Below the pieces are notes generated by a model that did not search any database, was not told the DNA's origin, and saw only the letters and a program-made list of their open reading frames with translations. Source: Synechococcus sp. (GTDB taxonomy: Bacteria; Cyanobacteriota; Cyanobacteriia; PCC-6307; Cyanobiaceae). From it: DNA of 64,000 nucleotides. This document shows, piece by piece, positions 12,054-21,453 of this stretch. Where the stretch lies: the NCBI GenBank assembly GCA_047285305.1, contig JBJBDL010000003.1:672001-736000 (forward strand). Reading direction: 5' to 3'. Each line of letters begins with the position of its first letter. Position 1 is the stretch's first letter. The position numbers and the translations under genes were made by a program.

Positions 12054-13247
12054 TCACAGAGCCTCGCTTTCGAGCGCCAAGAAATGTTGGGCCTCCTTCA
12101 GCGCCTCGCTTGAGGTCTGGATGCGTCCAAAGGCATGTTCAAGTTTCAGATGATGCAGCAGGCGTCCGAGAAGAGGGCCGGGTTCGATCTCCAGGGCCGT
12201 GAGCAGGCCGTTGCCGTCGACCGGAGTTCTGGGGTGGAACAGAGGATCCTTCGCGTTGCGCCATCGACGCAGCCAGATTTCTTTCTCGGGCATGGGCAGT
12301 TGCAGGGCCAGGGCGGGGAGATCCCCCTCCAGCTCCTCGTGCAATTGCAGTCGATCGCTCTCGGGTAGCGCGTCGGGTGCCTGAACGGTGCGTTGCTGCC
12401 AGCTCCGCAGCCGTTTGCAGCGCTGGCGCAGGGCGCGACTAGCCCGGAGTTGGCTGAGGCCCTCATCGCTCACCAGGGCCGTTAGCCGCGCCAAGGGCAC
12501 TGCTGCTGCGGCTTCCTCGCTGGTAAGGCCATCGATGTTGCCGGGCGTGGGAGGTTGCCCCCCGGCCGCCCAGGGATGCAGCAACGGCAGGTCCCTTAGG
12601 GCTGCTATCGCGGCGTCAGCGTGTTCGCCCCGCACCAGGCGCTGCAGCTCCGCCAGGATCCGCTCCGGTGCCGCTTCCGGAAGCCGTGCGGCGTGGCGCT
12701 CAATCCACGCCATGGTCTGGCTGGAAATGGTGAGGGGTATTTCCGCCATCAGCCGCAATCCCCTCAGCAGCCGCAGAGGGTCATCGATGAGGTTGGCTGC
12801 CGAGACGGCGGTCAGGCAGCCCTGCTGGAGGTCGCTCAGTCCCCCTGTGGGGTCCCACAGCTCTCCCCATGGCTGGAGCGACACGGCGATGGCATTGAGC
12901 CGGTAGTCGCGCCGCCAGAGGTCGTCTTCGATGCAGTCTCCGTCCTGTCGGGCGATGTCGACCGTCCAGCCCCCAAGCACCAGCCGAGCAATGCTCCGTT
13001 CCGCGTCGAGCACCACACAAGTGCCATGGAGCTCCTGGGCCAAGGCCTTGGTCAGGGCGATGGCATCTGATGGGACCACCAGGTCAAGATCCGGCTGCTC
13101 CTGGAGACGGTCCAGCAAGCCATCCCGAACTGCTCCCCCCACCAGCGCCGTGCCTTCCGGAAGCCGTGCCAGGGGGAGAGGCCATTGGGCTGGAGCCAGT
13201 CGCTCTCGCAGCTGGTCAAGCAATGCGTCGCAGGAGCCTTGGGCCAT
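12054..13247 (-). CDS. tRNA nucleotidyltransferase/poly(A) polymerase family protein
   Basis: VGGAVRD, DLD, DLWRRDYRLNAIA, DDPLRLLRGLR motifs. Confidence 0.9.
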   Translation of the reverse strand: MAQGSCDALLDQLRERLAPAQWPLPLARLPEGTALVGGAVRDGLLDRLQEQPDLDLVVPSDAIALTKALAQELHGTCVVLDAERSIARLVLGGWTVDIARQDGDCIEDDLWRRDYRLNAIAVSLQPWGELWDPTGGLSDLQQGCLTAVSAANLIDDPLRLLRGLRLMAEIPLTISSQTMAWIERHAARLPEAAPERILAELQRLVRGEHADAAIAALRDLPLLHPWAAGGQPPTPGNIDGLTSEEAAAAVPLARLTALVSDEGLSQLRASRALRQRCKRLRSWQQRTVQAPDALPESDRLQLHEELEGDLPALALQLPMPEKEIWLRRWRNAKDPLFHPRTPVDGNGLLTALEIEPGPLLGRLLHHLKLEHAFGRIQTSSEALKEAQHFLALESEAL

Positions 13248-13279
13248 CAGAATGGGGGGAGTGAACGGCCTCGGGAGGC

Positions 13280-13531
13280 ATGTGCATCTGCGTGGATTGC
13301 AGCTGGGTCGACCGTTGTCAGGCCTATCACGCAGTTGAGCGTCAGCATGGTGTTCCGCATCTGGCCCAGACCCCGGATTTTGAGCCAGATGCGCCCTGTA
13401 TACACGTGTCGGTGATGGATCTCCCCGATGGCCAGGCCGGGATTGAGTGGGATGTGCGTTCCTGCTCCAGCTTCAAGGCGGATCCAGGCCGGTGGCAGCG
13501 TTGCCGTCCTGGGCAGGAGCTGCCCCGATGA
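13280..13531 (+). CDS. ycf34: Ycf34 Fe-S protein
   Basis: MCICVDC...C..YH.VE.QH...EWDVRSC. Confidence 0.88.
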   Translation: MCICVDCSWVDRCQAYHAVERQHGVPHLAQTPDFEPDAPCIHVSVMDLPDGQAGIEWDVRSCSSFKADPGRWQRCRPGQELPR

Positions 13532-14151
13532 CGGCTCCGACACTGCTGCTCGCCCTGCACAGCTGTTCCGACTGCTTTGGCATGGCGCTGCTGGATCCCC
13601 AGCAGCCTGGGGCAGAGCCCCTGGTGCAGGTCCACCCGGATGGCCGGGGCCTTTCCAACAGTTTGATTTCACGGGTTCAGGCGCTCCTCCCGCCGGAGCG
13701 TTGGCCCCAGTTGCAGGGCCTTGCCGTCGCGACGGGACCCGGCGGCTTCACCGGCACCCGCCTCACGGTGGTGATGGCCCGCACCTTGGCGCAACAGCTG
13801 GATTGCCCCCTGCTGGGGGTGAGCAGCTATGCCCTGATGGCCCCTCGCCTGGAGCGGCAACTGCCCCAAGACATGCAGGGGGAACCGTTTTGGATTACCC
13901 AGGAGTTGCCCCGGCGGGGGGTGGTGGGTGGTCAGTACCGGATCACGGCCGGGCAGGTTCACGAACTCAGCCTGCCGACCTTGCTGCCTCAGGGGGCATC
14001 ACCCCAGCCCGCTGTTGAGGTGCAGCTGGATGTGGAATCGGATGTGGCGCGGTTGCTACAGCTGTTGCAGTGCAGCCATGCCGCCGGGGCTGCGATGCCC
14101 TGGGCTGAGGTCCTGCCGATCTACCCCACCTCACCTGTTGGACAGTTCTGA
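13528..14151 (+). CDS. tsaB: tRNA t6A biosynthesis protein TsaB
   Basis: ATGPGGFTGTR motif; ATG overlaps the ycf34 stop (ATGA). Confidence 0.88.
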   Translation: MTAPTLLLALHSCSDCFGMALLDPQQPGAEPLVQVHPDGRGLSNSLISRVQALLPPERWPQLQGLAVATGPGGFTGTRLTVVMARTLAQQLDCPLLGVSSYALMAPRLERQLPQDMQGEPFWITQELPRRGVVGGQYRITAGQVHELSLPTLLPQGASPQPAVEVQLDVESDVARLLQLLQCSHAAGAAMPWAEVLPIYPTSPVGQF

Positions 14152-14726
14152 TGGCGGGCGTGCGTACAGGGCTGCTGCTGGGAGCTGGTCTCATGGCCTG
14201 GCTGTTGGGGCCCGGCCCGCTGTCGCCCTATCGGCGGGCTCTGTTGGATCGCAGCCCGCCCCAGCTGGTGCTGGTGCTGGGGGGGGATGTGGACCGGGAA
14301 CGAATGGGTGCCCGGTTGGCGCGTCAGCTCGATCTACCCCTGCTGGTGAGCGGCGGCAGCAACCGTGAATACGCCGAATGGATGCTCAATGAGGAGCGCT
14401 TCAATCCCGACCGCGCCACCCTGGATTACCGGGCCCGTGACACCCTCAGCAATTTCACGTCTGTGGTGGATGAGCTAAAGGCGGATGGCGTTCGCCATGT
14501 TCTGCTGGTGACTAGCGAAGACCACCTGCCCCGCTCCATGGCGGTGGGCCAGGTGGTGGCCGGCAGCCGCGGAATTCAGCTCACCGGCATTCCCGTGGCC
14601 TGCCGCGAGGACTGCACTCAGGAGGGGCGCCTTAAGCAATGGAGTGATTGGCTTCGCGCGGTGGCGTGGGTGATGACCGGTAGCGACATCAGGGATGCTG
14701 CGGACCCTGATCCAGCAGTGCGTTGA
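14151..14726 (+). CDS. YdcF/DUF218-family protein
   Basis: LVLGG, LVSGG, DTLSNF, LVTSEDHLPRS. Confidence 0.85.
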   Translation: MAGVRTGLLLGAGLMAWLLGPGPLSPYRRALLDRSPPQLVLVLGGDVDRERMGARLARQLDLPLLVSGGSNREYAEWMLNEERFNPDRATLDYRARDTLSNFTSVVDELKADGVRHVLLVTSEDHLPRSMAVGQVVAGSRGIQLTGIPVACREDCTQEGRLKQWSDWLRAVAWVMTGSDIRDAADPDPAVR

Positions 14727-15342
14727 TGCGTTCCTGCAGCAGAGCGGTGGTGGCATCAAGATCAGGCCTGCGGCGACTGGCCGGGGCTGGGATGGTGTCG
14801 CCAATGCGCAGCTTAATTGGCACCAGGCGCGGCCAGCTGCGCCCGCTGCCCAAGGCGCGGTGGCTGTTGCAGATGGCCACCGGCAGCAGCGGGGCTCCCG
14901 TGCGAGCCGCCAGCAGGGCTGCTCCGGGGAGTGGGTTGTTGATCCGGCCGTCGCTCTGTCGGGTGCCGTCCAGAAACACCCCCGTGGCCCAGCCCTCTTC
15001 GAGTCGAGCCGTGGCGGTGCGGATCGCTTCGCGATCACTGGCACCCCGCCGCACGGGGTAAGCACCACAGGCCCGGATCACGCGTCCCAGCAGCGGGATG
15101 CTGAACAGTTCCGCCTTGGCCATGAAGGCCACGGGGCGCCCTAGGGCATGGCCCAGCAAGGGCGGGTCCAGGTGCGAGCCATGGTTGGCTACCACCACAA
15201 GTGGTCCTTGCATGGGCACTCGGTTGTTGCCGGCGGTCGATCCGCGGAACAGCAAGCGGAAGACCGGGAACACCAGCAGGCTGCTGACCAGCCGGTAGGT
15301 GAGGCTCGGCTTTGGGGTGCTGACGAGGCTGGAGTGACTCAC
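14689..15342 (-). CDS. plsC: 1-acyl-sn-glycerol-3-phosphate acyltransferase
   Basis: NHGSHLD motif, FMAKAELF, FLDGTR. Confidence 0.92.
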   Translation of the reverse strand: MSHSSLVSTPKPSLTYRLVSSLLVFPVFRLLFRGSTAGNNRVPMQGPLVVVANHGSHLDPPLLGHALGRPVAFMAKAELFSIPLLGRVIRACGAYPVRRGASDREAIRTATARLEEGWATGVFLDGTRQSDGRINNPLPGAALLAARTGAPLLPVAICNSHRALGSGRSWPRLVPIKLRIGDTIPAPASRRRPDLDATTALLQERINALLDQGPQHP

Positions 15343-16235
15343 TGTCCGAGGTCTCCAGCCCCGGAGATCTGGGCGGTGGTGACCCCGCTCATGCTGCGTT
15401 TGGCCAGGCCGCTGAGCACGTTGCCCGGACCGATTTCCACCAGGGTGTCCACGCCCCTGTCGGTCATCGCCGCCATGGTTTCGCGCCAGCGCACGCCGTT
15501 GGTCATTTGCTGCTTCAGGCGCTGTTTGAGCTCGTCCGCACTGGTGCTGGCGCTTGCGGAGCTGTTGCTGAGCACTGGAACGCGGGCGTCCAGGAAGGGC
15601 AGATTGTCCAGCTCAGCGGCGAAGCGCTCAGCAGCCTCTGCCATGAACGGGGAGTGGAAGGCTCCGGAGACGGCTAGAGGGATGGCGCGCTTGCATTTCA
15701 GGGCTCCACTCACGCTTTCCACGGCCTCGGGAGAGCCAGAGATCACCACCTGCGCATCGCTGTTGTCATTGGCGATGCTGACGCCGTCCGTGGCGGCCAC
15801 CAGGTCGTCCAGCTGAGCGCGATCGAAGCCGATCACGGCCGTCATGGCGCCGCCCCCGGCGTTCGCCATCAGTTCTGAGCGGGTTTTCATCAGCTGCAGA
15901 CCTGTCTCCAGCCCAAACACTCCTGCGCTGTACAGAGCAACCAGCTCGCCCAGACTGTGGCCGGCCGCCAGCGCAGGCTCGCGGCCCTGCTGCAGAAGGT
16001 TGTCGGCCAGCACCGATTCGATCACGAACAAGGCGGGCTGGGTGTTGCGGGTGTCGTTGAGGTCATCCGGCCCATCACCACCGCCGCTTTCCCCCTGGCA
16101 GATCGCCAGCAGGTCTCGCCCCAGCAGCTCGGAGGCCATGGCGAAGCGCTCGCGGCTGCCTTCGATGCTGAGCAGCGCTTCTGCCATGCCCACCTTTTGA
16201 GAGCCCTGACCGGGAAAGACCCAGGCGATTGCCAT
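15339..16235 (-). CDS. fabD: Malonyl CoA-ACP transacylase
   Basis: FPGQGSQ, GHSLGE, VSGAFHS; ATG at 16235. Confidence 0.96.
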   Translation of the reverse strand: MAIAWVFPGQGSQKVGMAEALLSIEGSRERFAMASELLGRDLLAICQGESGGGDGPDDLNDTRNTQPALFVIESVLADNLLQQGREPALAAGHSLGELVALYSAGVFGLETGLQLMKTRSELMANAGGGAMTAVIGFDRAQLDDLVAATDGVSIANDNSDAQVVISGSPEAVESVSGALKCKRAIPLAVSGAFHSPFMAEAAERFAAELDNLPFLDARVPVLSNSSASASTSADELKQRLKQQMTNGVRWRETMAAMTDRGVDTLVEIGPGNVLSGLAKRSMSGVTTAQISGAGDLGQ

Positions 16236-16263
16236 TGCTGTGTTCTTCAGACCGTGCCGGAGA

Positions 16264-17283
16264 TTAGGCGGGCCCGCTCCAGCGGAAGAGGGCTGCACCC
16301 CAGCTCAATCCCGCACCGAATCCACTGCTGGCGATGCGGTGGCCGGGTTGGATGCGGCCATCGCGCACGGCTTCATCCAGCATCAGGGGAATTGTGGCTG
16401 CCGAGGTGTTGCCGTAGTGGGCCAGGTTGCTGAGCACTTTTTCGCAGGGCACCGAGAAGCGATCCGCCACGGCATCAAGGATGCGCTGGTTGGCCTGATG
16501 CAGCAGCAGCCAATCCAGGCAATCTGCGGCGACGCCACCCTGAGCAAGCAGCTTCTCGAGAATCGCCGGCACCTCGCGCACCGCGAATTTGTAGACCTCC
16601 TGCCCGTTCATTTGGATGGGGTCGAAGCCCCCGCACTGATGGCTGGCGTCCCCCACCAGGGGCTGGCGCTGGTCCACCTGGGGCAGCTGGAGCACCTCGC
16701 CGCGGCTGCCATCGGAGCGCAACAGGAATTCATCGAGATCGTCCTGGCCGTTCTCTGAGGCCTCCAGCACCACTGCACCGGCCGCATCACCGAAGAGAAC
16801 GCAGGAGCGGCGATCGTCCCAGTTCACCCAGCGGCTGAGTTGATCGGCTCCCACCACGAGGATGCGGCGCATCGCCCCGCTGCGCAGGTACTGGGCAGCG
16901 GTCACAACGGCGAAGAGAAAGCCGCTGCAAGCAGCGGTGAGATCAAAGGCCGCGGCACGGGTGGCGCCGAGGCGCGCCTGCAGCCTTGGCGCCGAACCGA
17001 ACAGGTCGTCTGGGGTGGAGGTGGCCAACAGGATTAGATCGAGGCTGTCGGCCGACCAACCGGCCATCTCCAAAGCCTTTTCCGCCGCCAGTCCGCTCAG
17101 TTCCGCCAGGGATTCGTCGCTGTTGACCACCCGTCGCGCGGCAATGCCTGTGCGACTGCGGATCCATTCGTCACTTGTCTCAACCCGCTGGCCGAGCTCA
17201 GCGTTGCTGATCGAGCGGCTGGGCGTCGCGCTGCCAGACCCTCGGAACAACACCCCCCTGGTTGTGCTGAGCGGCTCGACCAA
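16264..17283 (-). CDS. fabH: 3-oxoacyl-ACP synthase III
   Basis: AACSGF, HQAN, GNTSAA, GFGAGLSWG. Confidence 0.96.
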   Translation of the reverse strand: MVEPLSTTRGVLFRGSGSATPSRSISNAELGQRVETSDEWIRSRTGIAARRVVNSDESLAELSGLAAEKALEMAGWSADSLDLILLATSTPDDLFGSAPRLQARLGATRAAAFDLTAACSGFLFAVVTAAQYLRSGAMRRILVVGADQLSRWVNWDDRRSCVLFGDAAGAVVLEASENGQDDLDEFLLRSDGSRGEVLQLPQVDQRQPLVGDASHQCGGFDPIQMNGQEVYKFAVREVPAILEKLLAQGGVAADCLDWLLLHQANQRILDAVADRFSVPCEKVLSNLAHYGNTSAATIPLMLDEAVRDGRIQPGHRIASSGFGAGLSWGAALFRWSGPA

Positions 17284-17310
17284 AGCGGAGGTTGATTGAC
17301 GTCGCGTCAG

Positions 17311-18630
17311 TCAATCACAACCCTGTTGCAGCATGGCGAGATCCGCCATCACCCCATGGCTGGCTGCGGAGTGGGCAATGCGCAGGGCACTGACCACGGA
17401 GAGGGCCTTGCTGCTGCCGTGGCCGATCACGGAAATGCCGTTCACGCCAAGCAACAGAGCACCACCGTGCTCGGCATGGTCGAGCCGCTTCTTGATGCGC
17501 TTCAGGTTGCTGCGCAGAAACGCTGATCCCACCTTGCCGCGACGCCCTCGGGGCAACTCCGCCCGCAGCACCCCCAGCAGAACACTGCCGACGGACTCCA
17601 GGAACTTAAGCAGCACATTGCCGGTGAATCCATCGCAGACCACCACATCGAAGTCGCCCGAAAGCACATCCCGGCCTTCGCAGTTGCCGGCGAAGTGGAG
17701 CCTGGATTCGTCCCGCAGCAATTCGTGGGTCTTCAAGGAGAGATCGTTCCCCTTGCACTCCTCCTCGCCAATGTTCAGCAGGCCGATGCGTGGCCGTTTT
17801 ACCTGAAGCACATCCCGGCTGTAGATGTTCCCCAGCAGGGCGAACTGGTGCAAGTAGGTGGGTTTGCAGTCCATGTTGGCGCCCACATCGAGCACCAATA
17901 CCGGCTTGCCTGGATCTTTGGTGGGGAACAGGGCACCGATGGCGGGGCGGTCGATGCCCTTCAGCCGTCCCAGCCGAAAAATCGCCGAGGCCATCACAGC
18001 CCCGGAATTGCCGGCGGAGTAAACCGCCCCGGCCTCGCCTTTCTTCACGAGGTCCATGGCCACATTGATGCTGGCGTCCCGTTTGCGCCGCACCGCCGTA
18101 GCTTCGTCATCCATGCCGATGGAGGGCCCACTGGCCACCAGGTCCAGATGTCCTGCCGCACGCGCACTCTCCAAGGCTTCGCAAAGGCCGAGGTTGTTGG
18201 CGGCAGCCATCACCCGGTCGATCTCCCCCACGAAGCGGATCTTCAGCGGCAGCCGGTCAATAGCGTCCAGGCATCCCTCCAGGATCGGCCCCGGCGCATG
18301 GTCACCGCCCATGCCATCCACAGCCACCCAGAGGCGCTCCTCATCGTCGATCTGATCTGTATCGGTGCCCCCTTGCAACCAGCGGAGGGGATCAAACACC
18401 AGCGGTTGAAGCACGCTGCTGGCCACCGTGCCTGCTCCGGAGACAACGGTTTCCGCCACGTTGCCGGCCATCGAACCCGCTGCCGTTGCTGAGCTGGCAG
18501 CGCCATCAACGATTGTTGTGACGGCGGCGTTGCGCCGATACCAAATCACCAGGCGACGGATCGCCCGAGGACGGTTTGTTTTATGCCGCGGCTGAGGGGC
18601 CGGGGTGGGATCAGGGACCTTCGGAGGCAA
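17311..18630 (-). CDS. plsX: Phosphate acyltransferase PlsX with N-terminal extension
   Basis: VDGMGGDHAP, SAGNSGA, LDVGAN, HGSS motifs. Confidence 0.94.
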   Translation of the reverse strand: MPPKVPDPTPAPQPRHKTNRPRAIRRLVIWYRRNAAVTTIVDGAASSATAAGSMAGNVAETVVSGAGTVASSVLQPLVFDPLRWLQGGTDTDQIDDEERLWVAVDGMGGDHAPGPILEGCLDAIDRLPLKIRFVGEIDRVMAAANNLGLCEALESARAAGHLDLVASGPSIGMDDEATAVRRKRDASINVAMDLVKKGEAGAVYSAGNSGAVMASAIFRLGRLKGIDRPAIGALFPTKDPGKPVLVLDVGANMDCKPTYLHQFALLGNIYSRDVLQVKRPRIGLLNIGEEECKGNDLSLKTHELLRDESRLHFAGNCEGRDVLSGDFDVVVCDGFTGNVLLKFLESVGSVLLGVLRAELPRGRRGKVGSAFLRSNLKRIKKRLDHAEHGGALLLGVNGISVIGHGSSKALSVVSALRIAHSAASHGVMADLAMLQQGCD

Positions 18631-19357
18631 CGGAATCGACGATGCGCTGGAACAGGTAGCCGGTGCCCCGAGCTGTGAGGATCAACTCGGGATTGGCAGG
18701 ATCATCCTCCAATTTGGAGCGCAGACGGGAGATATGAACATCAACCACCCGGGTGTCCACATGGCGCTCCGGGGTGTAACCCCACACCTCTTTGAGGATT
18801 TCGCCGCGGTTGAACGGTTCGCCAGAACGGCTCACCAGCAGTTCCAACAGGCTGAATTCCATCCCAGTTAAGCGGATGCGTTCATCGCCGCGGAACACCT
18901 GGCGTTTGTTGGTGTCGATGCGCAGGTCGCTGACCTGGATGACGCCTGAGTTGGGAATGCCCGCCACCTGCTCCTTCTCGACCCGGCGCAGCACGCAGCG
19001 GATGCGGGCTTCCAGCTCCTTCGGGCTGAAGGGCTTCACCACATAGTCATCGGCACCGAGCTCAAGCCCGGTGATGCGGTCAGCAACGTCGCCGAGGGCC
19101 GTCAGCATCACGATCGGAACGTCGGATTCCTTACGCAGCTCCTGGCAGACGCCATAGCCGTCCAACTTTGGCATCATCACGTCCAGCACCACCAGGTCGG
19201 GCGTGCAGGTAGGGAACAATTCCAGAGCTTCCGTGCCGTCGCAGGCAGTCACGACGTTGTACCCGATCATGGATAGACGGGTTTCCAGGATCCGTCGGAT
19301 CGATGCCTCGTCGTCGACCACGAGGATCGTTTCCTTGGTGGGAGCCGTGGCCGTCAT
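18611..19357 (-). CDS. rpaB: OmpR-family response regulator RpaB
   Basis: ILVVDDEASIRRILETRLSMIGY...ELILTARGTGYLFQRI; ATG at 19357. Confidence 0.95.
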   Translation of the reverse strand: MTATAPTKETILVVDDEASIRRILETRLSMIGYNVVTACDGTEALELFPTCTPDLVVLDVMMPKLDGYGVCQELRKESDVPIVMLTALGDVADRITGLELGADDYVVKPFSPKELEARIRCVLRRVEKEQVAGIPNSGVIQVSDLRIDTNKRQVFRGDERIRLTGMEFSLLELLVSRSGEPFNRGEILKEVWGYTPERHVDTRVVDVHISRLRSKLEDDPANPELILTARGTGYLFQRIVDSVASEGP

Positions 19358-19447
19358 GGGCACCGAGGCGTTAGTCACTTCTCGCCACAAATAGAAGGGC
19401 AGCCCCCTGATCTGTTCATTCAACGGCAACTTTCTTCACAGTTCGCA

Positions 19448-20845
19448 GTGCCCAAATCCACCGCTGTCTTCATCTGTCAGGTCTGTGGAGCCCGTGCCCG
19501 ACAGTTTTTCGGCCGTTGCTCGGAGTGCGGCAGCTGGAATTCGCTGGTGGAGCAATCCCAGCCCGCCGACGATGGGCGTCGCCGCCGCAGTGCTCCGGAT
19601 CCGGAGCAGGCCGCTGCTCCGCGACGGTCCACGGCCATGGCCTCGCTGGAGGATCAGCCGCTGCAGCGGCTGGCGACCGGGTCGGCGGAATTTGACCGCG
19701 TTCTGGGTGGTGGTTTGGTGCCCGGTTCGCTGGTGCTGGTGGGTGGCGATCCGGGCATCGGCAAGAGCACATTGCTGCTGCAGAGCGCCTCAGCAATGGC
19801 GGCTGGTGCATCAGTGCTCTATGTGAGCGCTGAGGAATCAGCGCAGCAGGTGAAGCTGCGCTGGCAGCGGCTTGCCGGGGGGGCATCGGAGCTGCAGTTG
19901 CTGGCCGAAACCGATCTGGAATTGGTGCTCGAAGAGCTGGAGGCCTTGCGCCCCGCTGTGGCGATCATCGACAGCATTCAGGCGTTGCATGACGCCAACC
20001 TCACCAGTGCGCCGGGGTCCGTCGGTCAGGTGCGTGAATGTGCGGCTGCCCTGCAACGGCTGGCGAAACGCCAGAACATCTCGTTGTTGTTGGTGGGCCA
20101 CGTCACGAAAGAAGGCATGTTGGCCGGCCCGAAGGTGTTGGAACACCTCGTGGATGCGGTGCTCACCTTCGAGGGAGACCGCTTCGCAAGTCATCGCCTG
20201 CTGCGGGCCGTCAAGAACCGCTTCGGTGCCACCCATGAGTTGGGTTTGTTTGAGATGCAAAGCGGTGGCCTGGCCGAGGTGGGCAACCCCAGTGAGCTGT
20301 TCCTCAGCGATGCCCGCGCCTCCGGTGTCGCCACGATCGTGGCATGTGAGGGCACGCGCTCGTTGGTGGTGGATCTACAGGCCTTGGTGAACGTCACCAG
20401 TTATGCCAGTCCGCGACGTACGGCGACAGGGATCGGCACCAACCGTCTGCACCAGATCCTCGCGGTGCTGGAGAAGCACATGGGACTGCCGCTCTCCAGA
20501 TTCGACTGCTATCTGGCCGTTGCCGGTGGCCTGGAGGTGGAGGAACCTGCGGCGGATCTGGGGGTCGCTGCAGCGGTGGTGTCCAGCTTCAGAGATCTCA
20601 CCCTGCCTGCGGGCACGGTGTTGATCGGCGAGCTTGGTTTGGGGGGGCAGTTGCGCCCTGTGGGTCAGCTGGAGCTTCGGCTCCAGGAAGCGGCCCGGCT
20701 GGGGTTCCAGCGGGCCGTCGTCCCCCGGGGCAGTGGCCTGAGCGATCTGGCTTCGGGTTTGGATCTCGCTCTTCTGGAGGCGGACAGCATCACTGAGGCC
20801 CTGGTTCTGGCGCTCGGTGATGCCGTGCAGCTCGACCAGGACTGA
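19448..20845 (+). CDS. radA: DNA repair protein RadA/Sms
   Basis: C4 zinc finger, GDPGIGKST, KNRFG. Confidence 0.96.
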   Translation: MPKSTAVFICQVCGARARQFFGRCSECGSWNSLVEQSQPADDGRRRRSAPDPEQAAAPRRSTAMASLEDQPLQRLATGSAEFDRVLGGGLVPGSLVLVGGDPGIGKSTLLLQSASAMAAGASVLYVSAEESAQQVKLRWQRLAGGASELQLLAETDLELVLEELEALRPAVAIIDSIQALHDANLTSAPGSVGQVRECAAALQRLAKRQNISLLLVGHVTKEGMLAGPKVLEHLVDAVLTFEGDRFASHRLLRAVKNRFGATHELGLFEMQSGGLAEVGNPSELFLSDARASGVATIVACEGTRSLVVDLQALVNVTSYASPRRTATGIGTNRLHQILAVLEKHMGLPLSRFDCYLAVAGGLEVEEPAADLGVAAAVVSSFRDLTLPAGTVLIGELGLGGQLRPVGQLELRLQEAARLGFQRAVVPRGSGLSDLASGLDLALLEADSITEALVLALGDAVQLDQD

Positions 20846-20846
20846 T

Positions 20847-21368
20847 TCAGAAGTAAACGTCGACGTTGCTGCGGCCCGTGGACTTCAGCCAGTTCTCGAT
20901 ATCCAGATAACCGCCGGGATTGAGGCGCACTGCCTGGGTCCAGACATCAGCGGCCTGGTCAAACCAGCGATCTGCTGCGTCCTGTTCACCGCTTTCCTCG
21001 GCGATGCGGCCCCACTTTTCGTAGATCAGCCCCATGTTCTTTAGGCAGGAGGGCTGGTTCGGGTTTTCCTCGAGTGCCTTGCGATAGGTCTCGATCGCCC
21101 GCTCCTCCTCGCCGTTGGACATGTAGATGATGGCCATGTTCTTGAGGGTTTCGCTCCGGTCGGTGGAGTTCTCCTCAAGCTTCAGGGCCTCCTCGTAGTT
21201 CTCCAATGCCTCGGCGTAGTCACCATCGTTCTGGGCGGAGAGGCCATCCCGGTAATAGACGTAGGCCTCCTTGGAGCGGGCATTGATCGGCAACAGCTTG
21301 ACGATCAGGTCCGCCATCACCGTGAAGCTCTTGTCAATGAAGTTGTCGTTGCGGTTGCTGCGGGGCAC
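20847..21368 (-). CDS. ycf3: Photosystem I assembly protein Ycf3
   Basis: [18 protein letters not shown] repeats. Confidence 0.97.
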   Translation of the reverse strand: MPRSNRNDNFIDKSFTVMADLIVKLLPINARSKEAYVYYRDGLSAQNDGDYAEALENYEEALKLEENSTDRSETLKNMAIIYMSNGEEERAIETYRKALEENPNQPSCLKNMGLIYEKWGRIAEESGEQDAADRWFDQAADVWTQAVRLNPGGYLDIENWLKSTGRSNVDVYF

Positions 21369-21453
21369 GGCGCTCCGGCGGACGGACCCCCATCCTGACG
21401 GGACCGGAGCCCGACCTAGCCTGCTCGTAAAGATCCCTGTTGCGTAAACACCT

